Virus record (IMG/VR): IMGVR_UViG_3300046009_005595
Span: 62,001-126,000 of that record
Strand: one strand, 5' to 3'
Length of the DNA: 64,000 nucleotides
From: an uncultured virus (IMG/VR IMGVR_UViG_3300046009_005595)
Lineage: Duplodnaviria; Heunggongvirae; Uroviricota; Caudoviricetes
Below the pieces are notes generated by a model. The model was not told the origin of the DNA. It saw only the letters and a list, made by a program, of their open reading frames with translations, and ran no database searches. Below are positions 20,087-28,622 of the stretch, one piece after another (within the stretch, counting starts at the first letter, position 1; the number at the start of each line of letters is the position of its first letter). The position numbers were made by a program, and so were the translations under genes.

Positions 20087-21376
20087 ATGTACTTAGAAGA
20101 ACAAGTAATGAACAAATGGTCTCCAATTTTGGATCATCCAGAATTGGAAGCTATTAAAGATCCGTATAAGAAAGCAGTAACCGCTATGGTTCTTGAAAAT
20201 CAGCAAAGAGCAATGGATGCTGATCGTATGGCACTTAACGAAACTGCTCCTACTAACGTAGCTGGTGGTATTTCTAACTTCGATCCAATCTTAATTAGTT
20301 TGGTAAGACGTTCACTTCCTAACCTAATTGCGTATGATGTTGCTGGCGTTCAGCCAATGACTGGTCCTACTGGACTTATCTTCGCACTACGTTCACGTTA
20401 CAATGGACAGGGAGCAAACGCAGAAGCATTCTACAATGAAGCTAATACCATTTTCTCTGGTATCGTTGGAACTTCAGTATCTACTGATACTTCTAATAAT
20501 CCAGTTTCTAATGTTGCTAACTCTGGATTGTTCACAACTGGTAAAGGTCTAACAACTTCTGCTGGCGAACAACTAGACACTGGAACATTCCAACAAATGG
20601 GATTAACCATTGATAAAGTTACTGTTACTGCGAACACTCGTGCTCTTAAAGCTGAGTATTCACTAGAACTAGCACAAGACTTAAAAGCGATTCATGGTCT
20701 TGATGCAGAAACTGAACTTAGCAATATTCTTTCTACAGAAATTCTTTCTGAAATTAACCGTGAAGTTATCCGTACCATTTACACCGTTGCTCAGGCTGGT
20801 GCTCAATGGGGTACAGTAACTCCTGGTGTATTTGACCTAGATACCGATTCTAACGGTCGTTGGTCAGTAGAAAGATTCAAAGGTCTTATCTATCATATCG
20901 AACGTGAAGCCAATGCTATTGCAAAGAATACTCGTAGAGGGAAAGGTAATATCCTTATCGTTTCTTCTGACGTTGCTTCTGCTCTTGCAATGGCTGGTGT
21001 ATTAACTTACACTCCTGCTCTTTCAGCAGATCTTCAAGTAGACGATACTGGTAATACCTTCTGTGGTATGCTACATGGTCGTATTAAAGTTTACATCGAT
21101 CCTTACTTCGGTGGTATGGCTTCTAATACCGAACTTGTTACCGTTGGTTATAAGGGTACTTCTCCTTATGATGCTGGTCTATTCTATTGCCCATACGTTC
21201 CTCTACAAATGGTTCGTGCAGTTGATCCTGGTACTTTCCAACCTAAGATCGGCTTCAAGACTCGTTACGGAATGGTAGCAAACCCATTTGCTGAAGGTCT
21301 TACTCAGGGTGGTGGTGCTCTTAATCCTCGTAGCAACGTTTACTACAGAATTTTCACAGTAAAAAATCTCATGTGA
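20087..21376 (+). CDS. gp23: Major capsid protein
   Basis: KWSPILDH, GVQPMTGPTGLIFALRSRY, RALKAEYSLELAQDLKAIHGLDAE, FQPKIGFKTRYG. Confidence 0.99.
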   Translation: MYLEEQVMNKWSPILDHPELEAIKDPYKKAVTAMVLENQQRAMDADRMALNETAPTNVAGGISNFDPILISLVRRSLPNLIAYDVAGVQPMTGPTGLIFALRSRYNGQGANAEAFYNEANTIFSGIVGTSVSTDTSNNPVSNVANSGLFTTGKGLTTSAGEQLDTGTFQQMGLTIDKVTVTANTRALKAEYSLELAQDLKAIHGLDAETELSNILSTEILSEINREVIRTIYTVAQAGAQWGTVTPGVFDLDTDSNGRWSVERFKGLIYHIEREANAIAKNTRRGKGNILIVSSDVASALAMAGVLTYTPALSADLQVDDTGNTFCGMLHGRIKVYIDPYFGGMASNTELVTVGYKGTSPYDAGLFYCPYVPLQMVRAVDPGTFQPKIGFKTRYGMVANPFAEGLTQGGGALNPRSNVYYRIFTVKNLM

Positions 21377-21416
21377 TAAGTTCTTGATTTTATTGAAGTT
21401 TTTCAATAGAAAATTA

Positions 21417-21445
21417 GAAAAGGGTCTTCGGACCCTTTTCTTTTT
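21417..21445 (+). terminator. Rho-independent terminator after gp23
   Basis: GAAAAGGGTC-TTCG-GACCCTTTTC followed by TTTTT; cUUCGg tetraloop typical of T4-like phages. Confidence 0.9.
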
Positions 21446-21446
21446 A

Positions 21447-21454
21447 TATAAATA
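21447..21454 (+). promoter_or_regulatory. Late promoter TATAAATA for the GIY-YIG endonuclease
   Basis: Exact consensus immediately after the gp23 terminator. Confidence 0.75.
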
Positions 21455-21482
21455 CATATAGTTGCACATAGGAGTTTTAATT

Positions 21483-22304
21483 ATGAACCATATAATATAC
21501 AAATTAATTTCACCATCTAATAAAGTATACATAGGACAAACTAAAAATACTTTAGAAAAAAGATGGGATCAACATATTAAAGCATGGAATAGATATAATA
21601 AATCCAAATCAAAAAACAATACTTGTAGAAAATTATATGAAGCTTTTAATAAATATCCTCCATCAAAATGGAGATATGAATTGATATGTGAGATAGAAAA
21701 GTGTAAAGTTGATGAAACAGAGATTTTTTATATTTCTGAATATGATTCCACTAATATAGGATATAATATTTCTAAAGGTGGTAGTGGAGTAAGATTAGAA
21801 TTCCTAACAGAAGAACATAAACAAAATATATCAAAATCCAGAAAACAATATTTTGAAACTCCAGATGGAATTAGCTGGAAAGAAGAATTATCTAAGAAGT
21901 ATACTGGAGAAAACAACCCAAGATATGGAGTATCGTTTAAACATTCAGAAGAAAACAAAAAAATAATATCTGAAAAGATTAAGGGAGTAAATAAAGGAAA
22001 AGAACCTTGGAATAAAGGAAAAGATAATGTATACTCTGAAGAAACTTTATTAAAAATGTCTGAGAATAGAAAAGGAAAAGGATTGGGAAATGAACCTTGG
22101 AATAAAGGTAAAACAGGATTTAAACAACCTCAATCTCAAAAATACTCTGTTGCTAAAGCTTTATCTAAGAAATGGATTGTAACATCTCCAGAAGGAAAAG
22201 TTATAGAGATAGAAAATTTAAGAAAATTTTGTAGTGAGAATGATTTAGATCAAGGAAATCTTTCTAGGGGAACTCATAAAGGATGGAAAGCTAAAAAAGT
22301 ATAA
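21483..22304 (+). mobile_element. Free-standing GIY-YIG (Seg-like) homing endonuclease gene
   Basis: IIYKLISPSNKVYIGQT, conserved R and E, GYNI..GG; NUMOD3-like KHSEENKKIIS and two EPWNKGK repeats; ATG at 21483 after AGGAG. Confidence 0.9.
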
Positions 22305-22307
22305 AAT

Positions 22308-22331
22308 AAGGGGGCGAAAGCCCCCTTTTTT
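22308..22331 (+). terminator. Rho-independent terminator between convergent genes
   Basis: AAGGGGGC-GAAA-GCCCCCTT followed by a T-run. Confidence 0.9.
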
Positions 22332-22384
22332 ATTATCTAATAAAAGTTTAAATTAGGTTTATTTAATAAGGTTAAAAATTTAAA

Positions 22385-24331
22385 TCAGATAGGTTTATTT
22401 AATTCTTTTATACGATTTTTTAATTCATCATCAGCATTTTTATGTTTTAAAAATAAAGAAGAATATTCTTTTGCGTGATTAGGATCATCAGTTACCATTT
22501 TATGAAGTAAATTTGTATGAGTGTTATCTGATAATAATAATTTTGATCTAAAATTATCGTGATTATAATACGCCATTGGTGAATGTTTAGAGCGTTCGTA
22601 CATTTTTTCTCTTAAATTATCATCTGCCTTGTTATGAATAGCTATGTTATTCATAGTAGAAGGACGTAAATCTTTGAAAGAAGCAACTTTATGTAATAAA
22701 GAATTATCAGCATGTTTACTAGATACTAAGTAAGGCAAGACATGATCATGGTAAGTATAATCTGAACTATTTTTATTTTTATCAACTAATTTATGAATTA
22801 AAGAAGAATCTGCATTTTGATGGTCTAATAGACCAGGATTATAACCATCATAATTATCTCTAGGATAATCTTCCGAATTATCTAATATATGATGTAAAGT
22901 TTTATTAGAGGTGTTCTTATTACCAATTAACGCATCATGAGTTGCTTTTCCTGTATTTAAAGCTATTTTATGTAACAATTCATCATCAGAATTTTTATTT
23001 GTAGCCAAAGAAGAAGCCACTCCCAATCTATGTAAAGAGTGATTATAAATATCATTCAATGTTGATAAATTTGTTTTTGGATGTTCGGATATTCTTTGTA
23101 ATAGTGGTGCTGATGAACTTGGAGTAGCTAATTTATTCAAAGTATGAGAATCAATATTAGGATGATGTACAATATTTTTATTAATATCATCATCACCAAT
23201 ATCGGATAAATGATTTAATGTATGAGTTTTTGTATTTAAATTTAATGCTATATTTTGTAATGTAGGTTTATTGTTACTTTTATCCATAGCCATTCTATGT
23301 AATGTATCTCCTGAAGTATTTGTATGTGCAGCTACTTCAGAACGAATTTCAGGATCTTCCGATTTACTTAAATTATGTAATTCTTCCTCAGAAGCATATC
23401 TAGAAATTTTAGGATTAACATCTTTAGGATCTTGTCCTAAAATTTCACAATGCCAAATATGAGTATTTCCTATTATTTCTGGAGTTTTACTCATCTTAAA
23501 ATTAGTTCCACGTTTTAATAATGTTTCATATTCAGAATCAGTATAGGAGTGTATTCCATATTCAGAATGTTCATCAATATGAGCACCATGAGTAGATCCC
23601 ATTGGAATACGAAATTTTAAAATATGATTTACATTATTTCTATCTGGCTCAGAAAAGTTTTTTGCTACTTTAGCATTCAATGATGTTGAAGTATATGCAG
23701 GAAGATGCATTACTGCACTATCATCAGAAGATCCTTGTAATCTAGCACTAATTTTACCAGAAGAAGATCTTTGACTTTCATCTTGTTTATCAAATAAATC
23801 TTGTGGATTAAATTTAATACCATGATATACATGATAGTCAAATGGTGCTGGTTTAGCACGATTAAGAGCACTATCAAGCCCATTTATATGATCTCTCTTA
23901 TAATCTATATCAGATTTAGAAGCTTCTCCATTGTGGAACTGATGCAAAATATCAGCTATAGATGAACTTCCTTCAGTATATTTTCTAATATTAGAATAAT
24001 CATCACTATTCCAATTACTACTAGCATCATTGTGATAATTATTTAATGCATCATTCATTGGAGTATAATTATCTGAGTTTGAGTAATGTAACTCATTTTC
24101 TTCTGTTGGTGTATGGTAAATTTCAAATAAAATTGATTCTTTTAGTTTATCTCTTTTGTTACCATAATTAAGATTAGGTGGAATAACCCATCTTCCTTTA
24201 TCATCTTGTTTAAATGGTCTTTTTTTGTTACCATAATTAAGATTAGGTGCAATAACCCATCTTCCTTTATCATCTTGTTTAAATGATTCATTTTTTTCAC
24301 TTTCTTTAATGAAATTTTTAAAACTTTTCAT
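22385..24331 (-). CDS. ADP-ribosyltransferase (VIP2/Alt-like) with C-terminal helical LRV-like repeats; putative capsid-packaged protein
   Basis: VYHGI...AYTSTSLN...ILKFRIP.G...SEYETLLKRG ART motifs; repeats such as VAAHTNTSGDTLHRMA and IVHHPNIDSHTLNKLA; N-terminus MKSFKNFIKE; GAGGAG RBS. Confidence 0.8.
   Translation of the reverse strand: MKSFKNFIKESEKNESFKQDDKGRWVIAPNLNYGNKKRPFKQDDKGRWVIPPNLNYGNKRDKLKESILFEIYHTPTEENELHYSNSDNYTPMNDALNNYHNDASSNWNSDDYSNIRKYTEGSSSIADILHQFHNGEASKSDIDYKRDHINGLDSALNRAKPAPFDYHVYHGIKFNPQDLFDKQDESQRSSSGKISARLQGSSDDSAVMHLPAYTSTSLNAKVAKNFSEPDRNNVNHILKFRIPMGSTHGAHIDEHSEYGIHSYTDSEYETLLKRGTNFKMSKTPEIIGNTHIWHCEILGQDPKDVNPKISRYASEEELHNLSKSEDPEIRSEVAAHTNTSGDTLHRMAMDKSNNKPTLQNIALNLNTKTHTLNHLSDIGDDDINKNIVHHPNIDSHTLNKLATPSSSAPLLQRISEHPKTNLSTLNDIYNHSLHRLGVASSLATNKNSDDELLHKIALNTGKATHDALIGNKNTSNKTLHHILDNSEDYPRDNYDGYNPGLLDHQNADSSLIHKLVDKNKNSSDYTYHDHVLPYLVSSKHADNSLLHKVASFKDLRPSTMNNIAIHNKADDNLREKMYERSKHSPMAYYNHDNFRSKLLLSDNTHTNLLHKMVTDDPNHAKEYSSLFLKHKNADDELKNRIKELNKPI
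24154..24285 (-). repeat. 63-bp duplication (69-bp period, one mismatch) in the ART gene 5' region
   Basis: Copies at 24154-24216 and 24223-24285, encoding FKQDDKGRWVI[A/P]PNLNYGNK. Confidence 0.95.
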
Positions 24332-24360
24332 GAAACTCCTCTTAAATGTGTTTTATTATG

Positions 24361-24397
24361 TATTTATTATTTTTTAATATAAAAGCATACATAAATA
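24361..24397. promoter_or_regulatory. Back-to-back late promoter variants: AATAAATA (- strand, 24361-24368, ART gene) and CATAAATA (+ strand, 24390-24397, gp3)
   Basis: NATAAATA matches, each ~25-30 nt before a divergent start codon. Confidence 0.55.
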
Positions 24398-24421
24398 GTA
24401 AAAACAACTTTTGGAAAAAAT

Positions 24422-24946
24422 ATGAGTGCTTTAAACAGAAACCCACAAAATACAAACTATTTACAACCCACTAAATTTCAAATGGTATTCCCTAAGATTA
24501 CCACAATGACTTATTTTTTGCAATCATTTTCTTTACCAAGTTTATTAGTTGAGCCTGTTATACAAACATCTCCTTTTGTTGACATTCCTAGACCAGGAGA
24601 TAAAATAAAATTTGGAGAATTGCGTGTAGAGTTTATAATAGATGAAGAAATGTGGTCATATCAAGTTATATATGAATGGATGAAGGGAATAGGATTTCCT
24701 TGTTCTTTTGAAGAATATAAATTAATGAATAGACAAATATCTTCTTTAAATTTAGATACTCCTCAATATTGTGATGCAATTATTACTATTTTATCTGGTC
24801 TAAATAATCCTAAACTCTCTATACATTTTGCTAATTTATTTCCAGTATCTTTATCTGAAATACAATTTAGCACAAAAGAAAGTTCTGAAACAGTTGTTAC
24901 AGCAACAGCAACATTTAACTATCACTTATTCCATATAAATAGGTGA
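24422..24946 (+). CDS. gp3: Tail completion / tube terminator protein
   Basis: NYLQPTKFQM, PGDKIKFGEL.VEFIIDE, FPVSLSEIQF; gp3-uvsY-uvsW-gp55 order seen in non-coli T4-like phages. Confidence 0.88.
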   Translation: MSALNRNPQNTNYLQPTKFQMVFPKITTMTYFLQSFSLPSLLVEPVIQTSPFVDIPRPGDKIKFGELRVEFIIDEEMWSYQVIYEWMKGIGFPCSFEEYKLMNRQISSLNLDTPQYCDAIITILSGLNNPKLSIHFANLFPVSLSEIQFSTKESSETVVTATATFNYHLFHINR

Positions 24947-24971
24947 TAAATATTTTTGAGGTGATTATAAT

Positions 24972-25412
24972 ATGAAAACAATTGAAGAAGTTAATGAAAT
25001 GTGGGAAGTAGATTGTATTATAGATAGAACAAACATAAGCAGCGAATTGTTAAATATTCCATTATTACATTGTAAATATTTGAAAATATTAAACGAACAT
25101 AAATTAGCTTCTATAAAAACCAAAAGTAATTATGATAAAATGAAAAATATTAAAACTGAATATTATCTTGGACATCTTGATGAAGAAACTTTAAATACTT
25201 ATGGATGGGAACAATTTGATCTTAAACTAGGATCTAAGGGAAATATAGATAGATATATATCCGCAGACGATGATTTAAATAAAATCTTACAGAAAAAAGC
25301 TTATCACGATCAAGTATCATATTCTATTGAATCTATATTAAATGAAATAAAGAATAGAAATTGGGAATTGAGAAGTTATATCGAGTGGGAAAAATTCTTA
25401 GCTGGTGCTTAA
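24972..25412 (+). CDS. uvsY: Recombination mediator
   Basis: WEVDCIIDR, IPLLHCKYL, NRNWELRSYIEWEKFLAG; TATAAATA at 24934-24941 upstream. Confidence 0.9.
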   Translation: MKTIEEVNEMWEVDCIIDRTNISSELLNIPLLHCKYLKILNEHKLASIKTKSNYDKMKNIKTEYYLGHLDEETLNTYGWEQFDLKLGSKGNIDRYISADDDLNKILQKKAYHDQVSYSIESILNEIKNRNWELRSYIEWEKFLAGA

Positions 25413-26914
25413 TGAACTTTGATATAGAAATACATAAAAAAAATGAAAGTTTTTTAAAAATAAGATGTTCTCGTGGAGTTGCTCAAGAACTTTCAGATTA
25501 CTTTTCTTTTTATGTTCCTGGTTATAAATTTAATCCTAAATATAAAGCCAAAGTTTGGGATGGTATTATAAGAGTATTCTCTGCATATACTCAGGAACTT
25601 CCTTGTGGATTAATTAATCGTTTAATAAAATTCTGCAAAGAAAGAGAGTATTCATATAAAATTTGTTATGATAATTCCTCAGAAGAATTAGATACTGATA
25701 GTATTAAACAGTATATAAAAGATCTTAATATTCATTCTAAAGGAGAAAAGATAACAGCTAGAGATTATCAAGTATTAGGATTATTTTTAGCATTAAAACA
25801 AAAAAGAAATATTTTATTGAGTGCTACTTCTAGTGGAAAAAGTTTAATAGCATACCTAATATCTAGATATTTAATAGAACATGGATGTAAAAAAGGATTA
25901 ATAATAGTTCCAACTGTATCTTTATGTAGTCAATTGGAATCAGATTTCCAAGATTATTCTTCTAATACAGATTGGGATGTTTATGATAATGTACATACTA
26001 TATTTTCTGGGCAAGAAAAAAGTTCAAATAAACCTATTATAATATCTACTTGGCAAAGTCTTCATAACATAGAAAATAAATCTTTTTTTGAAGAATTTGA
26101 TTTTGTTATTAATGATGAGGTTCATCTTGCACAAGCATCTAGTATATCAGACATAATAAACAATTGTACAAATTCTATATATAAAATAGGAATGACAGGA
26201 ACTTTATCAGGTAGTAAAACGCATGAAAATGTTCTTACTGGATTATTTGGAGAACCTATAAGAATATCTTCTACAAAAGAACTTATTGATAAGAAACAAG
26301 CAACTGATTTAAAGATAAAATGTTTATTATTAAAATATGATGAAGATATTTGTAATAAATTCAGAAAACAAAAACTTAAATATCAAGAGGAAATAAAATA
26401 TATAATATCAAATAAACATAGAAATATTTTTATTAAAAACTTAGCTATAAGTATGAATAAAAATACTCTTCTATTGTTTCAATTAGTAGAGTCTCATGGT
26501 AAAATATTATATGATCTTATTAAGGATAGTAAGTTAATTGGAAATAGAAAAGTATTCTTCATTCATGGAAAAACAGAAATAGAAGATAGAGAATCTATAA
26601 GATCAATAGTAGAATCTGAAGAAAATGCTATAATAATTGCTTCTAATGGTGTATTTTCAACAGGAGTAAGTATAAAAAATTTACATAATGTAATATTTAC
26701 TCATCCTTCTAAGTCTAGAATAAGAACATTACAAAGTATAGGTAGAATATTAAGATTGAATAATGATAAAGATCATGCTACTTTATATGATATTGTAGAT
26801 GATCTTTCTACTGATAGCTATCAGAACTTTGCAGTTATACACTTTTTAGAAAGAATTAAATTTTACAATCAAGAGAAATTTAATTATAAATTATATAATA
26901 TAAAGTTAAATTAG
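25412..26914 (+). CDS. uvsW: SF2 DNA/RNA helicase
   Basis: ATSSGKS, DEVH, GMTGT, FSTGVSIKNLHNVIF, LQSIGRILR; ATG overlaps the uvsY stop. Confidence 0.95.
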   Translation: MNFDIEIHKKNESFLKIRCSRGVAQELSDYFSFYVPGYKFNPKYKAKVWDGIIRVFSAYTQELPCGLINRLIKFCKEREYSYKICYDNSSEELDTDSIKQYIKDLNIHSKGEKITARDYQVLGLFLALKQKRNILLSATSSGKSLIAYLISRYLIEHGCKKGLIIVPTVSLCSQLESDFQDYSSNTDWDVYDNVHTIFSGQEKSSNKPIIISTWQSLHNIENKSFFEEFDFVINDEVHLAQASSISDIINNCTNSIYKIGMTGTLSGSKTHENVLTGLFGEPIRISSTKELIDKKQATDLKIKCLLLKYDEDICNKFRKQKLKYQEEIKYIISNKHRNIFIKNLAISMNKNTLLLFQLVESHGKILYDLIKDSKLIGNRKVFFIHGKTEIEDRESIRSIVESEENAIIIASNGVFSTGVSIKNLHNVIFTHPSKSRIRTLQSIGRILRLNNDKDHATLYDIVDDLSTDSYQNFAVIHFLERIKFYNQEKFNYKLYNIKLN

Positions 26915-26936
26915 ATTATCATCGGACTACAGATAT

Positions 26937-26965
26937 ATAGTACACCAGAACTAAAAAAAAGTCAA
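26937..26965 (-). promoter_or_regulatory. Sigma70-like promoter pointing antisense into uvsW
   Basis: Minus strand TTGACT-17 nt-TACTAT. Confidence 0.5.
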
Positions 26966-26978
26966 GAACTTTTTGAAC

Positions 26979-27007
26979 TTGATTAATTTATGAATTTGTG
27001 ATATAGT
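26979..27007 (+). promoter_or_regulatory. Sigma70-like early promoter for the gp55 operon
   Basis: TTGATT-17 nt-TATAGT with extended -10 TG. Confidence 0.65.
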
Positions 27008-27040
27008 ATATAATATGGAATTAATTATGGAGAAGATGGA

Positions 27041-27598
27041 ATGGCAGATCAAACAAAGAAAAAGCATAACTATATAAATAATGAAGATTTTACTTTAGCA
27101 CTAATAGAATATCAAACCCTTCTACAGGATGCAAAAGAAAATAAACTCCCTAAACCTAGAATCCCCAATTATATTGGGGAGTGTTTTTTAAAAATAGCAA
27201 CAGGGTTAGCACAAAGACCAAATTTTTATTCTTATTCATATAAGGATGAAATGATACTAGATGCAGTTGAAAACTGTTTAATGTATTTTCATAATTTTGA
27301 TTCAACTAAATATGATAAACCTTTTGCCTACTTTACCAAAATTATTTGGTATGCTTTCTTAAGAAGAATAGAAAAAGAAAAGAAACAGCAATATGTTAAA
27401 TATAAAGCAGCAGAAAATTTTGGAGTTCTAGGAGAAGAAGAATTAGAAGATTTGGATGAATCAATTCTTAGTCAAATTCAAATATATGATAATCTATATG
27501 AATTCATAGAGCAATTTGAAAATACAATGAAAGATAAGAAAATTAAGATTTCAAAGCAGAAAGGAATTGAAAAATTTATGGATGATTTTGATGAGTAA
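27041..27598 (+). CDS. gp55: Late-transcription sigma factor
   Basis: HNYINNEDF, IPNYIGECFLKIA, YKDEMILDAVENC, PFAYFTKIIWYAFLRRIEKEKKQ. Confidence 0.96.
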   Translation: MADQTKKKHNYINNEDFTLALIEYQTLLQDAKENKLPKPRIPNYIGECFLKIATGLAQRPNFYSYSYKDEMILDAVENCLMYFHNFDSTKYDKPFAYFTKIIWYAFLRRIEKEKKQQYVKYKAAENFGVLGEEELEDLDESILSQIQIYDNLYEFIEQFENTMKDKKIKISKQKGIEKFMDDFDE

Positions 27599-28622
27599 AA
27601 TTTGTATTTTAGGAGATACTCATTTTGGTGCTCGTGGTAATAGTAAGATTTTTCATGATCATTTCGAGAAATTTTATTCAGAATTTTTAATCCCGCATTT
27701 AGTAGAAAATAAAATATCTACAATATTCCAATTAGGAGATCTTTGGGATAATCGTAAAGCAGCACATCTATATTCAGTAGATAGAGTAAAATCTTATTTC
27801 TTTGATGCTTTAGTAGAAAATAAAATACATTTATATACATTGATAGGAAATCATGATATATTTTATAGAGAATCTTTATCTATAAATTCATCTACTTTAT
27901 TATTAAGTGGATATAATAATATAACGATTATTGATTCTCCTACAAATATAAATGGAATAGATATTATTCCTTGGATTTGTAAAGAAAATGAATTAGAATG
28001 TTTGAATTATATATCAAATTCAAGATCTTTGGTTTGTATGGGACATTTTGAAATTCAAAACTTTTCTATGTATAGAGGTGTTGAATGTAAAGATGGATTA
28101 GATCCTAAAATGTTTTCTAGATATGAATATGTGTTTTCTGGTCATTACCATCACAAATCACACAAAGAAAATATATTTTATGTTGGAACTCCTTATGAAT
28201 TAACATGGCAAGATTTTGAAGATCCTAAAGGATTCCATATTTTTGATACAGAAACTAGAACTATAGAATTTATAGAAAATCCATATAAAACTTATTATAA
28301 AATAAGATATGATGATTCTATTGATTTTTCAAATTTGGAAAAATATACTAATTGTTATTTAAAAGTTTCTGTTAGTAGTAGAACAGATGAATTTCAAGTA
28401 TTTTTAGATCATTTAGATCAAGTAAATCCTGCTGGATATACTGTAGTAGAGGATGTTGTTGATTTATCTTCAGATGAAGATTCAGTAGATGAAACACAGG
28501 ATACTATAACTATTATGAACAAATATATTGATGGGATAAAAAATAAAGATATTGATACTCAAGAATTGAAAAAAATAATGGAAGTTTTATATCAAGAAGC
28601 TGTTAGGTTAGAATCTGAATGA
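27591..28622 (+). CDS. gp47: Recombination endonuclease subunit (Mre11-like)
   Basis: LGDTHFG, LGDLWDNRK, IGNHD, MGHFE, SGHYHH phosphoesterase motifs. Confidence 0.95.
   Translation: MSKICILGDTHFGARGNSKIFHDHFEKFYSEFLIPHLVENKISTIFQLGDLWDNRKAAHLYSVDRVKSYFFDALVENKIHLYTLIGNHDIFYRESLSINSSTLLLSGYNNITIIDSPTNINGIDIIPWICKENELECLNYISNSRSLVCMGHFEIQNFSMYRGVECKDGLDPKMFSRYEYVFSGHYHHKSHKENIFYVGTPYELTWQDFEDPKGFHIFDTETRTIEFIENPYKTYYKIRYDDSIDFSNLEKYTNCYLKVSVSSRTDEFQVFLDHLDQVNPAGYTVVEDVVDLSSDEDSVDETQDTITIMNKYIDGIKNKDIDTQELKKIMEVLYQEAVRLESE

Noticed and set aside
22354..22403. 14-bp direct repeat TAGGTTTATTTAAT (22354-22367, 22390-22403) as an insertion scar
   Set aside because: Very AT-rich, and both copies are at the same end of the ART gene, so it is not a flanking target-site duplication.
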